From an uncultured Armatimonadetes bacterium (GTDB lineage: Bacteria > Armatimonadota > Hebobacteria > Hebobacterales > Hebobacteraceae): a stretch of DNA of 64,000 nucleotides. Numbering within the stretch: position 1 is the first letter of the stretch; each line of letters starts with the position of its first letter. The DNA lies in contig OY970296.1 of the NCBI GenBank assembly GCA_963716175.1, forward strand, positions 192,001-256,000. Direction: 5' to 3'. The translations under genes and the position numbers were made by a program. Below, piece by piece: positions 8,399 to 17,295 of this stretch. The notes under the pieces are model-generated. The model saw nothing but the letters and a program-made list of their open reading frames with translations, was not told where the DNA came from and ran no database searches.

Positions 8399-9706
8399 AT
8401 GAGTTCGGAGCTGCGTGCCGGAGTAGCCAAGATCAGTATCACTCCTCCCGTCGGCATACCCATGGCGGGATACGCCGAGCGGGACCGCCCAAGCGAGGGC
8501 ATTCTCGATCCACTCTATGCCTATGCCATCACCGTCGAGCAGGGGGACACAGCCTGCGGACTCGTGGTGGGTGACCTGATAGGTTTTCCAGCAGAGGTGA
8601 CGGCTGAGATCAGAGGACGGGTCGAGCACCTGTGCGGACTGCCACCGAGCAATGTGTTCGCGTCCGCAACCCACACGCATTGGGGACCCGAGATCAGATT
8701 GGCCCATGTCCCTGATAGACTTGTCGAGACGGTGTCACGAGAGTATCCGGCGGTGTTGAGTCAGCTGGCGGCCAGCGCGCTCGCCGAGGCCTGGAGGAGG
8801 CGCGAGCCTGCGATCGCGCTGTGCGGGACGGGGGAAGCAGACTTGCTCAGCTTCAATCGCCGGCCAGTGGGGCCGGATGGCAAGGCCGTGATGAGCTGGC
8901 AAATGCCCCTGGACAAGGCCATCCTGGCCGCGCGGAGGGGCGCCGAACTGGCCAGCACCTGGGTGCGTGGCGGCGGACCGGGCCAGCGGCTCAGCGAACC
9001 GCTCGACGAATTGGGCGGGCTACGCGCGGGTGTGACTGACCCGACTGTGCCGGTCCTCAAGCTAGTTCGTCCCGACGGGTCGCCGCTGGCGGCTCTGTTC
9101 GCCTTCGCGTGTCACCCCGTATGCGGCGCCGGCTCTGAGGCGTTCTACCTCTACTCATTTGACTACCCGGGCCATGCCCGTCGCGTCCTCGAGACCGTGC
9201 TAGGGTGTCCCGCCATCTTCATGGCTGGGTGCTGCGGCGACCAGGTTCCACTCCGCAGGGATCAGGATGCTCGCAGACGCGTCGGACAGTCGCTCGGTGC
9301 CGAAGTCATCCGGGCATGGGAACTGATGGAGGGAGAGGGCATCGGGCCACTGCGCGTCTCAAGGCGCAGGGTGAGTGTGCCAGGTAGTGGCGCCTCCGCG
9401 AGCGGCGATGGCGTTGGACGGCAGGATCGCGAGGTCGAGTCGTGGTCTATGGCGCTTGGCGACGCCTGGGGCCTGGTTGGCCTCCCTGGCGAAGTGCTCG
9501 TGGAGATCGGACTCCAGATCAGGCAGGGGTCGCCGTTCGGGACTACGGCCGTGGTGGAACTGGGGCTGGATGATCCTGGCTATGTGCCGACTGACGCGGC
9601 CATTGAGGAAGGCGGCTACGAGCCATCGGGCTCGCCCTTCGGCAGGGGCACAGAGGCCGCGCTGGTCGGCGGGGGCCGAGCGGCACTCCGTGACGTGGCC
9701 CCTTGA
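8399..9706 (+). CDS. neutral/alkaline ceramidase-like (N-terminal domain) hydrolase
   Basis: LRAGVAKISITPP, GILDPLYAYA, ATHTHWGP, FNRR, FACHPV, DYPG, GCCGD, LPGEVLVEIG, GYVPT...EGGYE motifs. Confidence 0.8.
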   Translation: MSSELRAGVAKISITPPVGIPMAGYAERDRPSEGILDPLYAYAITVEQGDTACGLVVGDLIGFPAEVTAEIRGRVEHLCGLPPSNVFASATHTHWGPEIRLAHVPDRLVETVSREYPAVLSQLAASALAEAWRRREPAIALCGTGEADLLSFNRRPVGPDGKAVMSWQMPLDKAILAARRGAELASTWVRGGGPGQRLSEPLDELGGLRAGVTDPTVPVLKLVRPDGSPLAALFAFACHPVCGAGSEAFYLYSFDYPGHARRVLETVLGCPAIFMAGCCGDQVPLRRDQDARRRVGQSLGAEVIRAWELMEGEGIGPLRVSRRRVSVPGSGASASGDGVGRQDREVESWSMALGDAWGLVGLPGEVLVEIGLQIRQGSPFGTTAVVELGLDDPGYVPTDAAIEEGGYEPSGSPFGRGTEAALVGGGRAALRDVAP

Positions 9707-9740
9707 TGCGGCATCGCGAGCCAGCAGCAGGCGAAGCACC

Positions 9741-9842
9741 TAGAGGGCTCCGCCGAATGAAGTAACACGGCGAAGCTCAAGAAGCGGGCCAGACAGGCGC
9801 AGAGCGGTGTTCGCACATTACTTCCTTCTGCGAACATGATTG
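9741..9842. mobile_element. miniature inverted-repeat element family A, copy 2 (diverged)
   Basis: Aligns over the same 98-bp length with the reverse complement of 4067-4164 (GAAGTAA...GGCGAAGCTCA...CAGAGCGG(T/C)GTTCGCAC..TTACTTC..TGCGAAC). Confidence 0.7.
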
Positions 9843-9971
9843 GGGCGCATTTCATAACCTATCTACTGGCTGGCCGCGCCACGCCCTCGCATGAAATGCG
9901 CCTGCCACTGCCTGACGTTGTGCACTGCTGTTTCATAACCTCCCCAGGGGAGGTTATGAAACAGCTTCTAG
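9840..9971. mobile_element. miniature inverted-repeat element family B, copy 1 (132 bp)
   Basis: Hairpins GCGCATTTCAT...ATGAAATGCGC and CTGTTTCATAACCT...AGGTTATGAAACAG; ends in CTAG; colinear, closely similar copy at 32137-32268. Confidence 0.75.
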
Positions 9972-9975
9972 GCAC

Positions 9976-10012
9976 GCGATCAGGGCTCGGCAGTATGCCG
10001 AGCCCTGATCGC
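9976..10012. terminator. perfect 17-bp hairpin between convergent genes (possible bidirectional terminator or repeat)
   Basis: GCGATCAGGGCTCGGCA-GTA-TGCCGAGCCCTGATCGC; no clear U tract. Confidence 0.5.
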
Positions 10013-10194
10013 CTGATTGAACTGCTGGTAACGTCTGCTCTTGTACCTACCACACTCTGACCATTTCCTATGTGCCTGTGCGTCACCCGGAGGGCCTCTG
10101 TCAACTGCAGGCCGTCCATTGGGCCGATATCGGCGCACGCTTGTCCGCTCCCTCGCGCTCTCGCAGGCTGACGACCACGCGCCATGATCCGGCG

Positions 10195-12170
10195 TTAGAC
10201 ACGGCCACCCGTCGCGAGGGCCACAACCACCCAGAGGCCGCTGTTCAGCAGATCCCCCATGATCATCCCGATCGCCAACGGCATTATCTTGCGATAGAGC
10301 CGAAGGCCTCCGTAGCGCACAGTGAGTAACCGCCACGCCCATCCCACGAAGAAGGGCATGTAGTACCAGTGCATGTCCCACGTGTTGGCCGCTAAGTAGC
10401 CGGCCGGATTCAGCGGCCACCACCAGAGGCGGAGGCGAAGCGCGCCGAGGAGAACGGTGACAGCGGCTCCGCTTAGCACTCCAATGACGCCGGAGACGTC
10501 CGGCCCACCCAGAGTCGCTAGCATTTCAGCGAGGTGTCGGGCGTCGCCTGGGGTCTGGCCCGCAGGCCAGGAGCCCCACTGACTCCCGAAGCCCATGCCG
10601 ACGTATCCGTAATGGTAGAACCCGCTCATCAGAACGAAGATGCCGAGGCATAGCGAGAAAAGGAACCCGATCGCAATAGCTCCCGTCAGCCGCCGCGGGC
10701 TGATGCGAGCCGACTCAGCGATCTTCATGGTCTCGAGGGTTCCTGCCGTGCAGATATCAAGTGACTGCCCCTCAAAGGGCGAGTAGGCCCAGCGCGATGA
10801 GATCAATGTCACCAGCTCGCGCGGACGGAAGGCGGCGGTGCCGACGCCCATGGTCAGCGCGCTATCTACACCCAGCGGGATGTCCACGAACCCCAGGCCA
10901 GTCTCGGCGCGCAGGCGCGCCCATGTCAGGTAGAACGCGGCCATCACGACCACAAAGGCGATAGCGAAGACGAGGCGGCAGCCCGCCAGGTAGCAGAAGA
11001 GGACCAGGCCGCACATGCAGGCCGCGATGCCAATCAGAGCCCACCGATAGGGCAGCGGCTCCTCGGCATCACCTCCTCCCCTACCCCGGCCCGCTGCCAC
11101 TCGCAAGGCGTGCGCGAGGTGTCGGCGCGCAATCCACAACGCCCAGAGGCCCAGCGCAAGCGTCGCCCCAAGGCCCTGGTGCATCGGCGCCGGGAAGGTG
11201 CTGTCATACCACTCCTCAGGGAGCCGAGGCGTGTTCCCGATCGTGATCGAGATGACGCTAAGCGCCAGCCGGACGAGCCAGAAGAACCAGCACGAGAATG
11301 AGAATGTCACCTGGCAGCAGGTAGGAGAGCGCGATCAGCCAGGGCGAGAGCACCAGGTCGATCTGGCCCAGCCCGGCAAGAGGCCCTACCTTCTGCCAGT
11401 ACATGATCGGTGTGGGCCCCAGGGGAATCGCCGGCACCGACGGCACCCTGGTGGAGAGGCCGTCCAGGAAGCTGACGGCAAAGACAATCCCTGCCCCCAG
11501 CCAGAAGAGAGAGGAGCGCGGCAGCCCCGAGGGCCAATCCGCCCCCCCCTCGCCCGAGTCGCGCGCCACCTCCACCGGTACCTGGGCAAGAGGAAATGTC
11601 AGGCGCTCGTTGATCACCCACTGCCTCTGCAGCAGCAGCACGAGCCCCGCCGTCGCGCCGAACAGGCAGAGCAGAAACCCCGACCAAGCGAAAAGAGGCG
11701 TCCACCAGAGGGACCACGGCACCTTCGACTGTCCCTCGAAGAAGTCAGCTACCGCGCGGGTCCGTGGGCGCGAACCACGTGGGCACGTGCGGGAGGAGGA
11801 TCTGTTCCCACGTCGGCTGTGCACGAGCCGCGTAGTAGTACACTATGCTCTTTGGCAGCATCCAGAACAGAATGCCGTGGCTGCTCAGCGGCCCCGCTAC
11901 CATCAGCATGGAGTAGATCACGAGCAGCTCGCGTCGTGTGAAGCCGAAGCGCCGCAGGAAACGAGAGCCGCTCAAAGCAGCCAGGATGAACAGCACTACC
12001 GCGGGCGCGGTTGCGGGCACTCCACCGGTGAAATCGTACGTCTTGTACCAGCAGAGCTCGACGTAGAACCCGACCAGTGTGACAAGGACGAGCAGGACAA
12101 GCGCGGCCAGTACCGCGCGCGCAGTCACGCCGCCTGCGCGGTCTCTGGTGTCAGTCGCCGGCCTGCTCAC
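10195..12170 (-). CDS. DUF6785/DUF6784-like multi-TM membrane protein, split by two apparent frameshifts (~11755, ~11301)
   Basis: ORFs 11745..12200, 11258..11824 and 10195..11310 join into one protein with VPWSLWWTP, RQWVINERLTFPL, RLRAETG, WWPLNPAGY and RYGGLRLYR, homologous to 44780-46765. Confidence 0.75.
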
Positions 12171-12293
12171 GGCTCGGATCCAGCCTGGCAGTCTGCACAA
12201 CAGGGCAGCGCCCCGGGGTCTTCAGGGGGGCAGCAGTTAGCAGCGATAGGCGACTCTGTGCACGCCCAACGGCCGCGCTCGCATCCAGGGCGA

Positions 12294-13065
12294 TCACATC
12301 AGGCCCAACAACTTCCGCCCATTCTCCCATCCGATCCGGCTCCGAGCGGCCTCATCCAGGTCCGGGGCGAGCTCGAGCTTGAGCAGCGCTGGAGTGACGC
12401 ACTTGAGTGGAGCGCCGGTGCCGAACACCATGCGTTCGGCCGCGATCTCAGCCGGCAGCTCGCACATGCCATCGCGGGCGCGGGAAAGCTCAAGGTAGAG
12501 ATTCGGATAGCGGACAGAGCCGTCCTCGCCGAGCAGAGCATTGGCATAGAAGCAGGCCTCGGTCACGATCACCGTGGCCTCCGGCGCGGCCTCACAAAGA
12601 GCGGCGATGTCAGGAAGGTCGATAGTCTGCTCGGTATCGAACCAGTGACGCCCGCGTGGATCCACCACCCGATGCGGCACGAGCACCGGCATACCCAGGT
12701 CGGAGGCCGCTCTGGCGATGGCGAGGGCCTCGGGGCAGTCGAGCCGGTAGCCGTGATACTGGGGCGCCAGGCGCAGCGCCCGCAATCCCAGCTCCTGCCG
12801 ACAGGCCGGCAGGTCTCGTTCCCAGGCAGCGTACATGGGGTTCAGCGTGGCGACGCCAACGAAGAAGTCGGCGTGGTCGGCAATGGCCTCTGCCAGCTCC
12901 ACGTTGGCATCGTGGCAGTTCAGGTAGAAGAGGCCATGGGTATTCGCGGGTCGCGGCGCCGCCCATGCCTTTGGCTGTCAACAGCGCGCGCAGCTGGCAG
13001 GCGCTTTGATCTGGCACCTGGCGAAACGGCCAGTGGCCGATGGCAGTGTTGATATCGAAGAGCAT
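12294..13065 (-). CDS. amidohydrolase_2-family protein, one apparent frameshift (~12948)
   Basis: FDINTAIGHWPF N-terminus joins ...LNP...LRLAPQYHGY...NLYLELS...MVFGTGAP...IGWEN; an extra base in a G run restores the frame. Confidence 0.75.
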
Positions 13066-13892
13066 CACACTCTCCTCCGCGCCAGGATGTCTTTCATGTT
13101 GCCAGCGAAGATGCGCTCCCGCTGCTCGTCGGTGAGATCGGCGTCCAGCACCTTACCCACCCCCTCTTCCATGCTCATATCGGTAGCGAAGAGCACGTGG
13201 TCGAGGCCGATGGCAGCCACGGTCTTGTCCACGATGCCAGCGTCGATAACAGTGCCGCTGATGTCCAGGTACAGGTTCGGAGGGCGGTTCTCGAGGTGGC
13301 GGAGGCACCATTCCCAGTCTCCTCCGCCCCCGATATGAGCCTCGATGAGCGTGGTGTCCGGGAACATGGCGGCCGCACGCACGAAATGCGAAGCATCGCT
13401 CAGACGAGGCTGCTGGGTCTGCGTCTCGGTGTCCCTTCCCTTACCAGCATGCATGAGCACCGGCACTTGCAGCTCCGCCGCCCGCTGCATGACAGGGGTC
13501 AGGGCGGGGTCGCAGATGCGGTACTGGTGATAGAGCTTGATGCCGACCATGCCCCCATCCACGATGCAGCGCTCGATCTCGCCCAGGGACTCGCGGGCAT
13601 ATCCGGGGTTGAGGAAGCAGAACCCGAGGAACCGCTCCGACATCGCCATCGCCTCGAGGGTTACGTTGTTCGCCAGCTGCGCTTCTTGCGGGGTCGGGGA
13701 TTCGCTGGTCAGGGGGAACGAGGTGCAGAGGACGTCGATGCCGAGCTTCCCGGCCTGCCGCAGGGAGCGCTCGGCTTCCTCCCGATCCAGCTTACCTGTG
13801 GACCGCGAGAAGCCAGCGTCCGGATCGACGTCGGTGACATGGAAGTGCGCGTCGATACGCCTGGCCATCTGCCAGGCAAGGCTCGACCCCAT
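13065..13892 (-). CDS. amidohydrolase_2-family metal-dependent hydrolase
   Basis: IDAHFH, GIKLY, PVLMHAG, EAHIGGGGDW, LYLDISG, LFATD motifs; stop overlaps the next start. Confidence 0.85.
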   Translation of the reverse strand: MGSSLAWQMARRIDAHFHVTDVDPDAGFSRSTGKLDREEAERSLRQAGKLGIDVLCTSFPLTSESPTPQEAQLANNVTLEAMAMSERFLGFCFLNPGYARESLGEIERCIVDGGMVGIKLYHQYRICDPALTPVMQRAAELQVPVLMHAGKGRDTETQTQQPRLSDASHFVRAAAMFPDTTLIEAHIGGGGDWEWCLRHLENRPPNLYLDISGTVIDAGIVDKTVAAIGLDHVLFATDMSMEEGVGKVLDADLTDEQRERIFAGNMKDILARRRV

Positions 13893-13945
13893 AGCTGATC
13901 CTCCTGTCCGCTGCTCTCCGGCGTGATGCCGAGATGTCACGGGCG

Positions 13946-15229
13946 CTACAGCAGGGCCCTGTGCTGTTCGACGACCTTCCTGATGGCGAGCGCAACCTGC
14001 TGGATCACACCAGGGGCCGCTTCGATCCAGCCAGGCAGAGATAGAACCCGTCCTGCCAACCCCTCAGACACCGGGTAGTCGCCCTGCTGGTATCGCGGCA
14101 GCGGGATGTTCGCCGGGCCGGCGTGTCCCTTGCCCCACAGCCCTGGCAGGTCTTTGGTATAGATCGCTCGCAGATGCTCTAGCCCCCGGCCGCCGCCACC
14201 ACCCATCGGCACGCCTTCAGCTTGCACCGCCCGACAGAAATCGGCCGCGGTCAGACCGCCCACCGCCTCGGGCTGATAGAGAAACCGCAGCCCGCCATAT
14301 AGCTCCGAGGCTTTCGCCTTGGGGTAGTTATGCGCCAGCTCGATCCCGGGCATGCCGGCTATCGCCAAGGCAAGTTGATCTCGGTTCGCGGCATAGCGCT
14401 CCAGCCGATAGGGCAGCGTTTCCAGGGACACCTGTGCGATGGCCACCGCGAGCGGATGGGCGCGCCACTTCCAGCCCAGCAGCTGAAAGTCGAGTTGCTT
14501 ATAGACGGGACTCGTCAGTTCCTCCATGGCGCCGGAGCGGTGCAGATGGCAGTAGATCAGCGCGCGCTCGTACAGCTCGCGATCATTGGTGGCGACGAGG
14601 CCTCCCTCTCCCGATGCCACGGGCTTGCCTCCGGGTGTTGACCCCTGCATGCTGAAACAGGCGATATGGCCCAGGTTACCGATCTTGGTCCCACCCCACT
14701 CGCTGCCGTGGGCATGGGCAGCATCCTCCAGAAGCACCAGGCCTCGGCGCTTGCAGATATCGAGCAGCGCATCCATGTCGCAGACCCGGCCGCACGTATG
14801 GATGGGGTTGATCACCCGCGTCTTGGGGGTGATGCGCCGCTCGATGTCCGCCGGGTCGGCCAGCAGCGTCTTCGGATCTACCTCGCAGAAGACCGGCGTG
14901 GCACCCATATGCAGAGCGCCTGCATAGCTGCCGAGATAGCCGAGCGTGGGATGGATGAACTCGTCCCCCGCTCCCAGCCCGGCGGCGAAGAAGGCGCTGG
15001 CAATGGCGGTGTGGCCGTGGCTGGTGGCCAGCACGTACTTGCAGCCAATGAACGCCTTGAACTCCTCCTCAAACTGCCGGGGCAGGCCCTCGCCTGACCC
15101 CGACAGGTAGCCCTCCTCGATCAGCTCACATACCGCCGTCTTCTCCTTCTCCACCGGCCGGCGCCACTGCTCCTGCGTATCGACAGTGACCGCCGGGCTC
15201 CCTCCCAGCATCGCCAACTTCGTGTTCAT
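13946..15229 (-). CDS. DegT/DnrJ/EryC1/StrS-family PLP-dependent aminotransferase
   Basis: LAMLGGSP N-terminus, GATPVFCEVD, LEDAAHAHG, FSMQGSTPGGKPVASGEGG; RBS AAGGAG before ATG 15229. Confidence 0.9.
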   Translation of the reverse strand: MNTKLAMLGGSPAVTVDTQEQWRRPVEKEKTAVCELIEEGYLSGSGEGLPRQFEEEFKAFIGCKYVLATSHGHTAIASAFFAAGLGAGDEFIHPTLGYLGSYAGALHMGATPVFCEVDPKTLLADPADIERRITPKTRVINPIHTCGRVCDMDALLDICKRRGLVLLEDAAHAHGSEWGGTKIGNLGHIACFSMQGSTPGGKPVASGEGGLVATNDRELYERALIYCHLHRSGAMEELTSPVYKQLDFQLLGWKWRAHPLAVAIAQVSLETLPYRLERYAANRDQLALAIAGMPGIELAHNYPKAKASELYGGLRFLYQPEAVGGLTAADFCRAVQAEGVPMGGGGGRGLEHLRAIYTKDLPGLWGKGHAGPANIPLPRYQQGDYPVSEGLAGRVLSLPGWIEAAPGVIQQVALAIRKVVEQHRALL

Positions 15230-15386
15230 CGCGGCTCCTTTCGGCAGTCCCACGCGCCCCGTAACCTGCATCCGCGGCTCCGCGCTCTCATCGGCCAGGC
15301 CTGCTCTGTGTAGGCCGGAGGCAGGCCGCGCTTCGATTGCCGTCATACGCACCTGCTTGACGAGACCGAGGCGTCCAACGAGGACG

Positions 15387-16214
15387 CTAGGCCGGTCCGT
15401 CCCGGAGTGCGGCAATGAGGTCAGCGGAATTGAACACGTAGCCGAAGTGGAGGCCGACCCGCCAGAGAGCGATCTGCTTGCCAATCTCATGGCGAGCGGT
15501 CTCCCGGTTTTCCACCGCGGTGACGGCGTCGCGCACGGCACTGCAGGTATAGCCGAGGCGGCTCATATCGAGCATTCCGCCGGGGCTCATGAGCAGGCAC
15601 CAGTTGATCGCGAACCCGCAGTAGATGAGGTGCCAGATGCCGCCCTCACGGCAGACCGCGTTCAGCTGGTGCGCGTCGACGACCAACGGTTCTTCGTCGC
15701 GCGGCTTCATCTCCGCGGGGATGTCGACATAGCGCCAGCCGGCCTCGATATCGGGCATGTTATGCGCGCCCTGGGTGAGCGCTGGCCAGTCGCGCTGCCA
15801 CGCCTCGCGGGCGGTTGTGTTGGGTGCGCCCGGGGGTGGCTTCGGCGACTCGCCCGCGAGTTGCTGCGTGACAGTGTAGCCAGGGTAGCGGTCAGCGTAA
15901 TCGCTGGTGCCGACGTGGATGACGGGCAGCCCCCCGGAGCGAGCGGCTGCGAGCAGCGGCGGCATCACCTCGCGGGTGATCCGAAGGGCACGCGGCAGGT
16001 ACTCCACCACGCGGTACCAGCCGACGTAGGGAGAGTCAGGCCCAAAAGGCAAGCGATCATCCAGCCCGGGATTCCAGAAGTGCATGCAAACCAGGGCCGA
16101 CTCATTCGTCGGCACTTCCACGACATGCCGGCTCCAGCCATGAAACGACTCAGCGGGCACTTCGGCGGTGAGATCGGCATCATGCTGGCGGTAGAACTGG
16201 GCGGTCAGTCTCAC
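15387..16214 (-). CDS. isochorismatase/cysteine-hydrolase-like protein
   Basis: SALVCMHFW, LLAAARSGGLPVIHV, LIYCGFAINWCL, VRDAVTAVE: cysteine-hydrolase fold pattern. Confidence 0.7.
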   Translation of the reverse strand: MRLTAQFYRQHDADLTAEVPAESFHGWSRHVVEVPTNESALVCMHFWNPGLDDRLPFGPDSPYVGWYRVVEYLPRALRITREVMPPLLAAARSGGLPVIHVGTSDYADRYPGYTVTQQLAGESPKPPPGAPNTTAREAWQRDWPALTQGAHNMPDIEAGWRYVDIPAEMKPRDEEPLVVDAHQLNAVCREGGIWHLIYCGFAINWCLLMSPGGMLDMSRLGYTCSAVRDAVTAVENRETARHEIGKQIALWRVGLHFGYVFNSADLIAALRDGPA

Positions 16215-16368
16215 GGCATATCCTCTCCTTCATGGTTGCTGCAGCTGTCCGAAGGGAGCACCGGCGGCGGCCTTCAACGCCACCACTGCGAATCCCTTGG
16301 GGCGCTAGCTTCTCACGAGCGGGGCAGTCTGGATCATGGCCATGCTCTTACAGGACTCTGCCGAGGGA

Positions 16369-17244
16369 CTATTGGGAACTGACCGCCCTCCGCTCGGTCC
16401 TCTCCGTGGCGCCAGCTCGCTTGCCAACCGGCCTGAACTCGCTCCATGTATTCATGACGCCGATGAAGCTGCTGGCATGCTCCATGACCGCCATTGTCGG
16501 CTGAGGCCGATCTCTTCCCGGGCGGAGCTTGATGACCCGGCGGAAGGGCGGCCTGATCGGGATAATCCCGAAGTCCTCGGCCTGCGCACGGCGGATAGCG
16601 CGCAAAGCACCCTCACGGATGAGCCGGCGGGCGCGCTCGGGATGGAGGTGGCGAGCCGAATCCACGTACCGGCCGTACGCCTCCTCGTTCAAGTCCTCGC
16701 CCGTGCCGGGTTTGAGACCCTGTTTGACCGCGACAGCCTCGATGCCGGGAACGAGTGCCTGGGCCTCCCTGGCGAAGGCTAAGTCGCCCGAGCCAAAGAT
16801 GGCACGCACCCCCAACTCGCTAGCGCACATGCTCATTTCCCCGAATTCGCCTATGGATATGCCGTTGACTGACTCATCAATGTAGGCCAAGCTCTGGGTA
16901 TGGCAGAGGTGCCCATATGGGGTGCAGGCTTTCGCGTGCTGTCCCACCCAGACGATGAAATCGTAAGATCCGTCCAGGCAGCCAGGCCATGGCAGATCGC
17001 CCGAGCCCCGGGACAGCTCAACCCGCGGGTCCAGCAACTTGACATTGATACCACCCGGCCCGTGCCCGTCTGAGACGTGAATCTCAGTCGCGCCGCCCTC
17101 GAGCAGACCGTCCACTGCAGCGTTGATCTCGAGGGTGAGGAACTCCTTTCCCACCTCATAGTAAGGCGCTCCCTGATCGGTCCACTCGTGGAAGTTCAAC
17201 ACGCCTGCGACACCTTCCAGATCCGTCACGAGGTAGACTTTCAT
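16369..17244 (-). CDS. M55-family metallopeptidase (DppA D-aminopeptidase-like)
   Basis: MKVYLVTDLEGVAG, DGHG, VGQHA, LCHT, IGEFG, GSGD motifs. Confidence 0.9.
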   Translation of the reverse strand: MKVYLVTDLEGVAGVLNFHEWTDQGAPYYEVGKEFLTLEINAAVDGLLEGGATEIHVSDGHGPGGINVKLLDPRVELSRGSGDLPWPGCLDGSYDFIVWVGQHAKACTPYGHLCHTQSLAYIDESVNGISIGEFGEMSMCASELGVRAIFGSGDLAFAREAQALVPGIEAVAVKQGLKPGTGEDLNEEAYGRYVDSARHLHPERARRLIREGALRAIRRAQAEDFGIIPIRPPFRRVIKLRPGRDRPQPTMAVMEHASSFIGVMNTWSEFRPVGKRAGATERTERRAVSSQ

Positions 17245-17295
17245 TGGGTAGTCTTTCCAGGCCGGCATTCCGGGAGAGTAAGCCATTGGCCACGG

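Noticed and set aside
4065-9971. Hairpin repeats as possible CRISPR or canonical GTAG-type REP sequences
   Set aside because: No regularly spaced repeat-spacer array and no cas genes; GTAG is not 5' of the hairpins and no RAYT gene is visible.
11403-13052. 549-aa plus-strand ORF and other long antisense ORFs (15186..16382, 42051..43406, 54987..56294, 61213..62493, 28817..30139)
   Set aside because: They overlap well-supported genes on the opposite strand and lack recognisable motifs; typical shadow ORFs in high-GC DNA.
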